Shown here piece by piece: positions 1-13,962 of a DNA stretch of 64,000 nt. Where the stretch lies: positions 71,982,001 through 72,046,000 of the forward strand of contig OX597826.1 in the NCBI GenBank assembly GCA_951406725.2, written 5' to 3'. The notes under the pieces were generated by a model. The model made no database searches. It was given only the letters and a program-made list of their open reading frames with translations, and was not told the origin of the DNA. Position numbers and translations under genes: made by a program. Within the stretch, counting starts at the first letter, position 1. Each line of letters begins with the position of its first letter. The DNA comes from Octopus vulgaris. Lineage: Eukaryota.

Positions 1-69
1 TCATATAAATACAAATATTATCAGACATATGCATATAGTAGTATAAGCAAAAACATACAAATATACATA

Positions 70-107
70 CATATACATATATATATATAAACACATACAT
101 ACATATC

Positions 108-140
<33 letters not shown>

Positions 141-157
141 GCAGATATATATATGCA

Positions 158-210
<53 letters not shown>

Positions 211-257
211 GATATCTATATCTATATATACATATATATATATATATACACACACAC

Positions 258-297
<40 letters not shown>

Positions 298-320
298 TAT
301 AGATATATGCAGATATATAA
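70..320. repeat. Compound (TA)n/(CA)n microsatellite, representative of dozens of similar tracts across the window
   Basis: Long TA runs interrupted by CA/GA; source of the YI-rich pseudo-ORFs. Confidence 0.98.
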
Positions 321-600
321 ATGCACACATAATGGCAGGATTAATTAGGCTAAGTAAAGGAATCTTCGATCTTTCCGTTAATGGAGGAGAAAAGCAGAGT
401 ATGAATTAAATTTAGGAAAAGAGAGGGAAGCCTTGGTGAATGATGCAGTTTAACTCTTTGTACAGCAGATTAAAAAGGAGTTGCAAGGAAAATTAGCAAC
501 ATATTAAACACATGCACACATATACACACATGTATATGTATATATATATATGCCCATGTATGTATGCCTGTATGTATGTGTGTGTGTGAGGTGTATATAG

Positions 601-653
<53 letters not shown>

Positions 654-889
654 ATTCTGATGAATCTTCCATACAGCTGTGCTGATCTCCAATTCAAGCA
701 TCTTGTAAGCTGTAAATAACCATTGAAATGTAAAGTACTGTACTCTGCTGTTAAATGTATTGAGTACTTTTTATGGTTTAAACACCTCAGGTGACAAAAA
801 CGAGCTTCCATTTGTTAGAATCCTGCCTCAAAGAGTTTCCCATCCAAACCTGTGCTAGCATGGAAAAACAGACGTCAAACAAGGAAAGA

Positions 890-938
<49 letters not shown>

Positions 939-1139
939 CATGTATACACATACACACAAATATGTGTGTTTGTGTGTGTGTGTGTATATATATGTATGTA
1001 TATGTATATATGTATAATATATATATATGGTATATATATATATATATATATATGAAATATACATTATATATTATATATGTATATTATGTATAAATATATG
1101 TATTATACACATATATCATGAATGTATACATGTATATGC

Positions 1140-1186
<47 letters not shown>

Positions 1187-1666
1187 TTAAACATTGTTAC
1201 TGACTAGAAATAAAATACAGATTGTATTGTGGTGGTGGCGGTTGTGGTGGTGCTGATGGTGGTCAGAGTGGTGATGGCCATTGTGGTAGTAGTTGGTGGG
1301 TTGGGGGTCAGAAAGTTGTCCTGTGGCTGAAGTCGTCATTGTAATGTCCTGTAGCTCGGTCCCCAAATCTCAAATAGCAGAAATAAATTGTATTTAGTGA
1401 ACACAATATGTGGTTAAGTAAATTATCATTCGAGATTATGGCTGGAAGACAGAATTAGCAGAAGAACGGGAGAAATGAAGAAAATAACTCCAATCATGTT
1501 AAATATATTATTATCATTATTATTATTATTATTATTATTATTTGTGGCCTTTCTTCATTTGATAATATCTAATCTCGACTGTGTTTTATTTTACGGCTAT
1601 TTAAACAAGCAGAGATAGAGAGAGAAAGAGAGACAGGTTATGTATATATATATATGTATGTGTATG

Positions 1667-1757
<91 letters not shown>

Positions 1758-1789
1758 TTAGAAGGTTTGGAGATGATGTACAGGTATTA

Positions 1790-1828
1790 TATATTAGAAG
1801 AAATGAGGAACTCATTTCTTCTAATATA
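1790..1828. repeat. Perfect 18-bp-arm hairpin at the end of a short insert in a (TA)n tract
   Basis: tatattagaagaaatgag-gaa-ctcatttcttctaatata. Confidence 0.95.
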
Positions 1829-1981
1829 CATACATACATATGTATATATATGCATATATATACATACATATGTATATATGTATATATATATATATATACA
1901 TACATATATATACATATACATAGATATACACATACATATATATATATACATACATACATATACATATACATATAGATATAC

Positions 1982-2029
<48 letters not shown>

Positions 2030-2569
2030 GTATACATATATATACATACACACACACACATATGTAAGTGTGTGTGTACGTAATGATTTATTAATCTCAA
2101 TGTTGACAAGCTTGTTAGTATTGATCTTAATAAATTTTGTATTACTCTGCTCCACATGAGCATTGAGTTCTTTTATACTCTTACTCAAGAGAACAGTCAT
2201 ATACTAATATATTTGCAAGTATGTGTGTGTGTATGTGTGTATGTGTGTATGTGTGTGTGTGTGTAGATATTATGTTATGTGACCTAATGTCATATATTTA
2301 AGTGTGACTTATAATTTTAGCTATGTTGTGGCTTCTTTACTCTGTGATAGAAGACAGTTAAGGGTTTATTTATATGAATTAGGAGAAATTAACTGCTAGC
2401 ATAGACAGCTAAAGTAATTGTTAGTGTAGTGAGGAGGGAAAAGAGGAGAAATACAATGAAAATAAACACAGACATACATGTGTGTGTGTGTGTACTGTAA
2501 TCATGAAGACAAATCAAGGTAGTATGTTTTGAAATTATTTAATATGCACATTTCAGGCCAGCATGATAT

Positions 2570-2684
2570 ATCATAGAAAATGCATCTATTACGTAAGATT
2601 TTCCTCAGTTAAAACAGTTCAAAATATTTTGAAATGTTTTAACAGAGGAAGGTCTTACGTAATGGAATCATTTTCTTCTATATG
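2570..2684. repeat. Spacerless imperfect palindrome, arms about 55 bp
   Basis: Centre caaaat|attttg at 2625/2626; attacgtaagattttcctcagttaaaaca mirrored by tgttttaacagaggaaggtcttacgtaat. Confidence 0.92.
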
Positions 2685-4064
2685 TCATGTAAGTCTACAA
2701 ATGCTTGCAAAATATTGTCACAATTCACTTTAAATTCATTATTACAACTTATTACAACTTATACAGCCAGCATGATGCTAGTACAAACCAGTTCTTCCAG
2801 ACTCTACTTATGTAGGTACTCTAACATTGATTCGGAGCAGTTTGTTATATTATGTCCCAAGTCAAAAATTCTGGTACTGTGCACCACTTCTTAGCATAAC
2901 ACAAAATAAGTGTGTGTGTGTGTTCATGTGTGTGTGTATATGTGGGTAAATATATATTTATATATATATACACATACATATATACATATATATTTTTCTA
3001 TATATTACAAATATATATATATACACACACAGTTATATATATATATTTATATATATATTTATATATATATATATATATATATTTATTTATGTATGTATGT
3101 ATTTATATATACATACATATATATATATATATACACATGATTATATATATATGATGCTGATGATACATATATATAATTATGTGTGTGTGTATATATATGT
3201 GTGTGTGTATGTATGTATATATGTGTGTATAGTGAGAGAGAGAAAAAAGAAAAAGAGAGAAGGGGTTGAGCTAATGAAATTACATGATGTTGTTCATGCC
3301 TTTTTTCGCAAGGGCATTAATGACGCGTATAAACCGAACTCACTGTAAATGTGAATTAAAAGCTGAGCAAGAGCTTGGCTCAGAAACTGTCCATGCAGCA
3401 GCACTTGTCACACTCACTATATTGAAGCTCTGCTAACTAAATGATCATAGCAACAGGAAGAAGAAGAAGAAGAAGAAGAAGAAGAAGAAGAAGACAAGAA
3501 GAAGGCAAGAAGAAGAAGAAGAAGAAATTCTTGAAGCCGGAAGCATTTAGTCTTATAAAAATATAATGATAACTGGAGTTATTATGAAAGAGTATTGTAA
3601 TCTTTAGAAAAAAGAAGAAAAGATTTTTTTAAAAAACCCATTGGTAGATAGATATTCTGTTACTGTACATGAGAAATTGGAAGCTAATAATAACAATAAT
3701 AAAATAGACAATAAATCTCTGAAACTAGAATACCAATTCTATAGATAAAAAAAAAAGTGTTTCTAAGACAACTCAAACACTTTTTGGTTTCTTTTCATTT
3801 TTCTTTAAATTTTGTTTTCATTTTTTTTTTTTTGGTTTGCTTTTTTTTTTTTGTTAAATATATAATTATTTATTTTTGGTTTGTTTCAGTTCCTTCATTT
3901 CACCTCCAAAAGTGCAAAGATAGTGAAAGGAATCATTAGAAGGAAGACATTCTTTTTTTTTATTTTTTGCAAATTTACCTTCTTTTAAATTCCAAATTTG
4001 TATTCTCAGCTTTACACACACACACACAGACATATATATGTGTATATGTATGTATGTGTGTGTG

Positions 4065-4099
<35 letters not shown>

Positions 4100-4255
4100 G
4101 AAAGGGAAAGAGAGAGAGAGAGAGGGAGAGAGAGGGAAGGAGAGGAAGAAAGGATTTCATTCATTTGAAGCTGATGGTTCATTTAGTTACTACTCCGAGT
4201 TTCTCATGTGTTTAAGTAGGGAAGTAATAATGGCGTGAATCATCAGCCTCGAATA

Positions 4256-4321
<66 letters not shown>

Positions 4322-4887
4322 CATATATGTATATATGCATTCATTCATACATACATATATATATATATATATACATATATATATAGATACACATACACAC
4401 ACACACATATATTTATGCATATATATATATGCATACACATGCATTTCTTTTAATTTTTTGCATCAAATGTATGGGAAGAATTCAAATTGTCATGTTTATG
4501 TCTGAAGTCTTTGGTGTTTGACCAAACATCCAAGTTGTTGAGACAACTTTGGTATGTTATTATATTATATCATATCATATTATATTATATTATAACATAT
4601 TATATTATATTAGAGATGGTGCTATAACTGATGGAAATTACCCAGGATGTAGTTATTGCCAATTAACAATTTTATTTATCAATATTAGCTCATACATTCC
4701 TTCTTTGTTCAATGGAAAATATCTTAAAGCGTAGCTATTTTAATTCTCAAATCAATTTTGCTTTTGTTCATATTTTTTAATGCCACCCACCTTAAATCAA
4801 CAGACAGCAATCTGTGACATCTTCAAATCATATGTTTTAATGCATGACTTTTTCCTATCAATTAGTCATATATCTTTGTCTTGTGAC

Positions 4888-5056
4888 CAAGCTGTCGTAG
4901 GGCATGGGCACACTAGGCAGTTACCTAGGGGTCCTCATGGGTCTAGGGACCCAATTCTGATCTATGTATGTTGTGGCTTCTTGTCAATAAATAAACGATA
5001 TTGAGCCCAGTTCATTGGTTTGCCTTGGTGCCTATAAGGCAGCTAAAACAGCCCTG
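4888..5056. mobile_element. hAT-type MITE
   Basis: Perfect 8-bp TSD cttgtgac (4880-4887, 5057-5064); termini caagctgt...acagccctg. Confidence 0.8.
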
Positions 5057-5204
5057 CTTGTGACACTACAGAGTCATTGACTTCTGTCTGTATCTTCTCA
5101 TCGCACCCCATACACAACTGGTATAGAATTTTCCTTTCCATTGAAAGTGTATCTCTATTTTATCAACAGTCTCACAAACTCCTTAGTTTTGTAAATCCAA
5201 CAAA

Positions 5205-5935
5205 AGTACTCTGACCTCAGCTAATGGCAGTGATCTTCCCTATTTATGATGGTTTCATCTATTTAATAACCTTTACAATATCCAGTGTCCCAACTATGGA
5301 TAATCACCTTAGTCCCTTTGCAATTTTGAAACTGACTGACCCCAGCTTTTTATAGTAACCTATCTACTTACAGCAGCATCATTTATTTAATTACCTTACT
5401 TATTTCCAGTGATTTCATCTACTTAGTAACTTTACCTAGTTACAGCGACCTTACCAACTTACCATCACCTCAGCTACTAACACTAACCTCAATTACTGTG
5501 ACCTCTGCAACATATAGTAACCTTGACTGCTTACAATGACCTCATATACTATCAGCTACTTTTAGTGACATCAGCTACTGACAATGACCCCTTTCGTTAC
5601 CGTATTTATTTTGAGATGCTCTGTGTTTTTTTCAATTATTTTAAATATAACAAAGAATTTAGTAAAATAACTTAGCTATCATTAAGCTAGTGTTAGGAAC
5701 ATAAATTGTGACTAATGTTTCGTGGTATATTTTGATGCAAAACTTATGAAAACAAGACATTTGTACTACAGAGCCAGAGCCGGTTTTGGCCGGGTTAGTA
5801 ACGAAAGGGTTAGTTACTGACTGACTGACTACCCCAACCTATTTACTGTCACCTCACCCACTTCATGACCTTGACTACATACAGTGACCTTAGCTGCTTA
5901 GTTACCCAGCCAATGACTCTTGTCACCATACAGAG
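5205..5935 (+). repeat. Degenerate minisatellite (unit about 20 bp, tacttacagtgacctcagc-like), interrupted by a MITE
   Basis: Recurrent tac-agtgacct-agcta variants on both sides of 5589-5809. Confidence 0.6.
5589..5809 (+). mobile_element. piggyBac-type MITE, family E (about 220 bp)
   Basis: TIR ccctttcgttac / gtaacgaaaggg; homologous to 21779-21999, 60935-61154 and 61186-61406, the last two having intact TTAA flanks. Confidence 0.85.
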
Positions 5936-6398
5936 CTACCCCAAATCATCATGGTACCTGCTTGGAAACATCTCATTTGAGCTCAAAACTGAGACCACAC
6001 TGTGAAGCACCATATTTTTTTCATGGCAAATGTATAGGAATTAGTTTCGTATTTATGGATTAGTGCAACTAAATTTTGATGGTTATAATGGCAAGGTGTA
6101 TAATAATTTATACACCAAAGGAGATACTGAAAATTAACACCACATGACAGTAGATAGAAGTTATATAGTTGTTTTCTGCCATGGTGAGAAAGTCTATAAA
6201 TGTTGACTAGATTTGAACTACTGAATCTCTAACATAGGATACATGTTAGCTGTGTGCTTTAATTACACCTAAAAATAAAGCCAGTAGATATGTAAGGTAT
6301 ATATAAATATATATATATATATACACATATGTATGCATATAAACACACATATATGTATATATGCATACATACACATATAAACACATATATACATATAC

Positions 6399-6451
<53 letters not shown>

Positions 6452-6499
6452 AGTAAATAGGGAAATGTATTATTTAAAGCCAGGAAGCCTATACACAAA

Positions 6500-6568
<69 letters not shown>

Positions 6569-7931
6569 TGTATGTATGTATGTATGTATGTATGTATGTA
6601 TGTATGTATGTATGTATGTATGTATGTATGTATGCATGTATATAGTTTAAGGTTATATATTATTTAAGGCCAGTAATTATGGATATATATTACTCAGGGC
6701 AATAAATAAAAATATACATTATTTAAACTTTGCATCACCAAAAGCTAAACAGCTGAAAACCAGCAACTACAGCCTGGTATATTTTGTAGCTTCCAGAAAA
6801 TAAAGATTTTTGTTTCACTGCAGACAGACATTTGGTGAACAGATTTGGATCAATATACATCAGAATCATCTTAATTCAGTAAAATGCAGTAGATGATGTT
6901 TATGTCTCAGATTTCAAGAATCGAAGTAGAAAACATCTGCAAAGAATTACTGAATTCTTGCTAATGTAATAAGTACGTTATTGAAGAGTTAATATAAAAA
7001 GAGAAAGAGAGAGAGAGAGGGAAAAATACACAATTAATCCTAATTAATCCTTAATGTTGATTATTGTATTTCTTTATATAACTCTTTGAGATGAAGGTCA
7101 AATTAGCGTGAGACAGAAGAAAGTCGACGGACAATATATTCTTTTGGAGACATTTTTTTTTTCCTTCAGTGAATGTTCTTTGGGTTGGTCAGCTATGTGT
7201 GTGTTTGTATATATACAATGTGTGTATGAGCCAAAGAAATATACCGAGATATTTTTCTCTAATCTAAACACCATGTTAGTAATATATAAATATTGGAAAA
7301 AACTAAAAATTTCAAGAAATAATAAAGTAGGAATTGGTTACCATTTCTTTAATATTTCTGGCCTCTATTACCTATGTAACATAAATATACCAAATTTTTC
7401 CTATCCCCACTCCTAAATTTAGCCAGGTTTTAGGCAAACAACTAACTTGTCAATAGATTTTTCACCCTCTGAATTCTGACAAAATTTTATATTTCTTTAT
7501 TAATTTCAAAACAGAGAATAAACTAATAGCATAACTTGCAAAAGACAACCCCCACCCCACAAAACGGAATTATTATTGCTTTTGTTGTTATTAACACTTG
7601 TAATGCTGAAGACTGAATTTTTGGATTTCTTATTTTTGTTTCATACCACATCCCAAGCAACATCAGTTAATTGCCCCACCCCTGTCCAGGAAGCAACTGC
7701 AATTAGCACTGTTAGGGTTTTAAAAAGATAGAAACACACTATATATTTATTACAGGGTGTCAGATCAAATATCATTGTTGATCCACTTTATATATTCAAA
7801 AATTGACCTCTATAAATTCAGCATTGTTTACAATGAAAAAAAGAATCAGCAAGAAAAAAAAAGAAAACAAAAAGGAAGATATATTAAATGCCTAGATATC
7901 TTCTATCCATATAATCATCATCATCATTATT

Positions 7932-7982
<51 letters not shown>

Positions 7983-8017
7983 GCCATCGTAAGAATTTAG
8001 AAATTTCAAGAACATGG

Positions 8018-8210
8018 AATGATTCTTTTTAGGGATGGTGAATCTTGAAGCAAACAAAGCTATATATAATAGCATGCAAAAAAATTGGGTTCAAAACCTT
8101 TTGGATGCAGCCTTTTCCTGTTCAAAGGAATTTTAAACCCAATTTTCTCATAGTATTATTCATAGCTTTATTTGCTTCAAGCTTCACCGTTTCTAAAAAG
8201 AACAATCATT
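8018..8210. repeat. Diverged fold-back palindrome, arms about 90 bp
   Basis: ggtgaatcttgaagcaaacaaagctat...aaaattgggttcaaaa mirrored by ttttaaacccaatttt...atagctttatttgcttcaagcttcacc. Confidence 0.9.
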
Positions 8211-9579
8211 ATCATTATTATTATTATTATTTATTATTATTATCAACTGATGCTATGAATGATATTATAACTCCTCAAAGTTTTGTAACCTTTTCTGCTA
8301 GTATCTCATAAAATAAATACTGTTCATTTAAATTATCAAATCTGATAAATTACTGTGTCTGACGTAGTCACATCAAGGTGGAGGACCTAACAGTGGATGA
8401 CCACAAAGTCTAGCACTGGAATACTGTACAAAATAAAGGTTTGTCAGTTCAATCCTGGCCCAAGCAGGCATTTTATAAACAGGGAGAAATATATCCTTCA
8501 ACACTGAACAGTTGAAACTGTTTGACATGCAGAAGGATTTAACTGCGATAAATGACAAAACAATGAGGTTGATTGTTTGAAATGCTATTATTCTGTATCA
8601 GTAACAAATGAAAATAGATCTTGTTGTGAGATAATCTGAAGGTAACTTGGGCATAAGGTTGTTTAGGTGGGGGATCAAAAAGTATACGTATGAACAGGAT
8701 ACTGTAATGATAAATATAAATAGCGCAATACTGTATCATAGACATAACAATAAAACACTAATGGACAATTTATTGAAGTTACATCTTGCTATGATATCAA
8801 AAGAATATTGAGCAAGATAATGAGGATAATTGAGGATGATAATGACAATGATCTTGGTAACAATAATGATGAAGTTGAAATAATATCACTCACAATATTA
8901 ATATGGTATCAGACACGATATCACGATATTAAACTAATATCATTCTCGATATTGGTATCACTATCAAACACAACATTAGCATAGTATGGGATATGATATG
9001 AAACTAATACCAATCAACAGTACTGAACATACAAAACTAATATCAGTCAAGATAATAAAATAGTATCAGATTTATTTTTTTACATCAAAATAGTATTATT
9101 TAAGATATTAAAGTGATATTGAAAATATTATTAAAACAACATTAGACATGATTTTATTATAGTAATGTGAGATGAAGTTAAAATAACGATCATTACATTT
9201 AAAATACTGTTAGACACAATATCAAAATAATATTGGACATTGTACTAATACAATATTGAGCAGAATCTTGAAATAATAATAGAGATATTTTAATAAAAAA
9301 AAAATATCCATGAAAACAAACATCAATGCAAGGAATGGGATACTGTCCTAGTAATAGAAGGTGAGAAGGAGGAGAGAGAGAGACTGTCTTCTTGTTACTA
9401 ATGGTCAGATACTGTTATACTGATAAGACAGACATTGTCTCTTAAAAGTTGAGAGGCATTGTCCTAGGATTAAAACTGGGGTACTATATCTTAGTGGACA
9501 AGAGTGGGAAAGTATGTTTTATCATCTAGGCTAATTAATATAATTATACACACATACAATCTTAAATACACTGACAAAC

Positions 9580-9610
<31 letters not shown>

Positions 9611-9622
9611 TATTTATAGATA

Positions 9623-9932
9623 TATATTAATCAAAGTGTATGGTATTATATAATTGTATATCCATTACAGCCAATCTTACTAATCGATTGCACACTAGAG
9701 GGTCAACAGAGGGTTAAGTAACTGTCCAATTATGCAACCTTGTACTCATCAGAGATAGCTGTTATGGAATGAAATATGGCATGCCATATTTCATTCCATA
9801 GCTGCTACCTCTGATGAGTGCAGGGTTACATAATCGGACAGTTACCTAACACTCAGTTGAACCCCTAGTGCGAAACCGACTGGTTAGATCAGCTATCATG
9901 GATATATAATACCATACACTTTGATTAATATA
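9623..9932. repeat. Spacerless fold-back palindrome, arms about 155 bp, built from a dispersed repeat (Penelope-like terminal repeat candidate)
   Basis: Centre tggaatgaaatatggca|tgccatatttcattcca at 9781/9782; right arm plus 9933-9998 is homologous to 38142-38352. Confidence 0.93.
9799..9895 (+). ncRNA. Type I hammerhead ribozyme-like motif with long stem II
   Basis: CTGATGA 9811-9817; agggtt/aacccct stem II; GAAA 9872-9875; stem III cc-gact-gg; then TT and agatcagcta, partly complementary to tagctgctacct. Sister copies supply GTA and stem I atct/agat. Confidence 0.6.
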
Positions 9933-10191
9933 CCCACTCTGTTGATAGATATACAAGTGCATTTTTCCCTGACTTATGGACTCTTAGACGGCTTACATAC
10001 ATGCACACACACATAAGTGGTCATTGTGTAATGGAACAATTTACAATATGTGGACGACACAGCCTGTCCATCATCTGGGAGTTAAAAGAAAGAAAAGGAA
10101 CAAGGAGTGCATGTATGTGTGTGCGTGTGGGTAGATGCATGTATGTGTATGTTTATGTTGGTTTCTGTATGTGCATGTGTGTGGAAGTGAG

Positions 10192-10231
<40 letters not shown>

Positions 10232-10294
10232 CATACACACACACACATATATATATACACACATGCTTACATACAAACATATATATATATACTT

Positions 10295-10357
<63 letters not shown>

Positions 10358-10604
10358 TACATATATATATAATACAAATTCTTCTATTTGTTCCAGTCAT
10401 TGGACTGTGGCCATGCTGTGGTGGTATCAACTTCAACCATTTAGTCAATTATATTAACTCCAGTTCTAGTTATTTTAGCTTGATATATATTTTATCGATC
10501 TTTATTTGTTGAACTGCTTGGTTACAGGATATAAAAAAGGTAACAACATAAACACTACCAGTCTTTATTTAGACTATAGACACAGATACTTATACACATA
10601 TACT

Positions 10605-10677
<73 letters not shown>

Positions 10678-10704
10678 TTGAATAGATAGATAGATATAGG
10701 TATG

Positions 10705-10757
<53 letters not shown>

Positions 10758-10932
10758 TATATGTATGTACATATGTATGTTATGTATATGTAAATATATG
10801 TATGCATGTATATATAATACAGACATACATATTATATACATATATATGTGTATGTCAATGTGTGTGTGTATATGTATATATATTATACATACATATACTC
10901 ATTCACACACACATATAGATATATACATTTAC

Positions 10933-10964
<32 letters not shown>

Positions 10965-11265
10965 GTACACACAATACATATTTTGCATTCACCTATTTTC
11001 TCTACATTTTTTAGTGTTATTCAAAATTCTTAAAAATTTTAAAGAAATAAAAGGAAAGACAATAGAACATTGGACAAAGGAAAGCACAGGCACCTCCCTC
11101 CATCCCTCCCCCTTCTCTGATCCTGACTCATGCCACTTTGCACAAATTAGAAAATTCAACTGAATATTTTGCCGACAATGATCATGATGATAAATGTTAT
11201 AGGAAAGAGAAATTTTGAGTTTTGACAAAGAAAATTAAAATAGAGAGAAATTAAGAGTAATAGTA

Positions 11266-11327
<62 letters not shown>

Positions 11328-11819
11328 GAATTGAAAAAAAATTAAATCACATTTAATAAATTAGACATATTTTGTATTTATTTGTGGTTCCAGTGAAACC
11401 CAGAAACAACATTCAAAGGATTTTTTTTTAATGTTGTTCATTCATAAATCCGAAGACCAAGCAGGGTGGGGCATGGGGGCATGGATAAATTCGGAACATT
11501 TAAATAATTTTAAAATATTGAAAAAAAAAAAAAGAAAAAAAGATGAAAGGAAAAGAAGAAAAAAAGCCCCTTCCCCCCCTCCCCTTAAAAACAGAAAAAA
11601 GTACAAAACAAGAAACTGTCCATTTTTTTTTTTTTTTTTTTATGTTTTCAATTGCAGTCGGTCGAAAATGCCTCAATCTCTCAACCCATTCCAGCTTAAC
11701 AGAGGGTGACATAAGATAGGGGACAGAGTGTTGTAATATCTTCTCTTGATGCTGTTCATGATTATAAGTTTGTTGCGCAGATTATTTCTCTTCTGTGTTG
11801 CACAAATCTCTCATGCAAC

Positions 11820-11961
11820 TCATGTTATCAGGTGGCTTACTTCTTCTCCTGTTGTCGATTGGCTCAAATAAGAGCCAATCAGAAGCAAGGCTGTCACGGA
11901 CCATGTGACTAGAGACAGGATACAACACTGTTTACTGATGCTCTTCTCACGACTTTTCTCC
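11820..11961 (-). CDS. Candidate terminal exon of an unidentified minus-strand gene; frame unresolved
   Basis: Strong acceptor (about 30-nt polypyrimidine tract ending tttttgcag|G at 11961). Frames: EKSREKSISKQCCILSLVTWSVTALLLIGSYLSQSTTGEEVSHLIT*, RKVVRRASVNSVVSCL*, or GEKS*. Minus-strand AATAAA at 11377-11382. Confidence 0.4.
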
Positions 11962-12019
11962 CTGCAAAAAGAAAAAGAGAAAAGAAAAGAAAAAGACAAG
12001 AAACAATGGATTAGAACTG

Positions 12020-12475
12020 TGATGATGATGATGAGGAGGATGTTGCTGATGTTGTTAATGATGATGATGATGATGATGGTTTACATGATTTTCATGATTT
12101 CACTTAATTCTACAGTCAGTAATTCACATAACAACAAAAGGAAAACTTTTAGGATATCAAATACAAAATTTCGTGAGGGAAATAATGTTGGTGGTGACGG
12201 GAGAGGACTGTATGATTGTGATGATGATGATGATGATGATGACCATGATGATGATGATGATGACAACGATGATGGTGATGATGATGATGATGATGATGAT
12301 GATGGTGGTGATGATGATGATGGTGATGATGATGATGATGGTGAGGATGATGATGGTGACGATGATGATGATGATGATGATGACGATGATGATGATGTTG
12401 ATGGTGATGATGATGATGGTGATGATGAAGAGGAGGAGGTGAACTATATGATGATGATTATGATGATGACGATGT
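12020..12475. repeat. (GAT)n/(GGT)n trinucleotide microsatellite block
   Basis: Direct reading; produces poly-D/poly-M pseudo-ORFs. Confidence 0.95.
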
Positions 12476-12997
12476 GGTTTTGAACCCCACTCTGTTATTA
12501 TTGGGCTGATACAGAATAATAGTACATAGGTAGTTATTAGTACAAGAACTGCATATAATGTACAGATTCAACATCCCACATAAACCGAGCTTCTACCAGC
12601 CAAGGACTACACTTCACATTCTAACCAGCAGTGCTACAGTCTGGGCGTATTGTACTTCCTCAATTATTCATGAACATCTGTTGTTGGTGTTGTGGTGTTT
12701 CAGTGGTGATGGTGGCAATGGTTAGCTCCAATCAGCTCCAGTCCAGCAGATCTACAATCAAAGACATTCCAATCATGACAATCCATATTTTTCTTCAGGC
12801 ATCATGCATTGAAGACTACGTTACTGTGTTCTTCTGTTTCTATGACAGAAAGTAGTGATACGATGAATATATGGCTGCTATTTCTACCTTCAATTTGGTG
12901 TCCATGCCTATCCTCGCCTATGGTCAGGAATGTCATGTAAAGACCAAAAGAGTGAAAGATTGCCATCATGAAACAAACTAGGTTATTTCCAGGAACC

Positions 12998-13029
<32 letters not shown>

Positions 13030-13215
13030 GTGATGGAGATGGTGGTGGTGGTAGTGGTGATGATGATGATGATGATGATGTATTGTAAAAGCTATTTATA
13101 GTGTTATTAGAGTTATATAGTAAATGGCAGAGTAGACAGGAATATTCTTCATTGGACTTCATATTTTAAGTGTATCATGTGATAGAATCATCATGATCAT
13201 GATGATGATGATCAT

Positions 13216-13962
13216 TGATCCCAGGACTTATTCGTATTTTTTATAATATCTGGTAATTATTCAATGATTCTCTTTTGCTGAATCACTAAGTTATGGGGAC
13301 ATAAACAAACCAACACCAGTTGTCAAGTGATATGGGGTGGGGACAAACACACACACACATACACTCATCTATATACTATGAGCTTCTACACAGTATCCAT
13401 TTACCAAATTCACTCACAATGCATAGTTCAGTCGGGGGGGGGGGAGGCTATAGTAGAAGACACTTGGCAGCGAGCTGGCAGACACGTTGGTACACCGGGC
13501 GAAATGCTTAGCGGTATTTCGTCTGTTGTTATGTTCTGAGTTCAAATTTCGCCAAGGTCAACTCTGCCTTTCATCCTTTTGGGGTCGATAAATAAAGTAC
13601 CAGTTTCGCACTGGGGTTGATATAGTCAACTTAATCCCTTTGTCTGTCCTTGTTTGTCCTCTCTATGTTTAGCCCCTTGTGGGTAGTAAAGAAATAGGTA
13701 TTTCGTCTGTCTTTATGTTCTGAGTTCAAATTCCGCCAAGGTCGACTTTGCCTTTCATCCTTTCGGGGTCAATAAATAAAGTACCAGTTTCGCACTGGAG
13801 TCGATATAATCGACTTAATCCCTTTGTCTCCTCTATGTTTAGCCCCTTGTGGGCAATAAAGAACTATATCGTGGAAGACACTTTCCCAAGATGTCACACA
13901 ATGGGACTGAACCCAAAGCTTCTTGGTTGCAAAGTGAGCTTCTTAACCACACAGCCAAGACT
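13216..13962 (-). mobile_element. tRNA-derived SINE family B copy, split by a family A insertion
   Basis: Reverse-complement homology to 38638-39050 on both sides of 13466-13863. Confidence 0.85.
13466..13863 (+). mobile_element. SINE family A, partial dimer with TSD
   Basis: ggcagcgagctggcaga...gagttcaaattc...gcctttcatcctttcggggtc; second unit starts at 13698; TSD ctatagtagaagacactt / ctatatcgtggaagacactt. Confidence 0.9.

Noticed and set aside
3312-3440. Possible + strand terminal exon
   Set aside because: Weak AAG acceptor and short unrecognisable peptides
4165-4252. Minus-strand CTGATGA...GAAA hammerhead candidate and weak hairpin
   Set aside because: Stem I does not pair; only a 12-bp inverted match is solid
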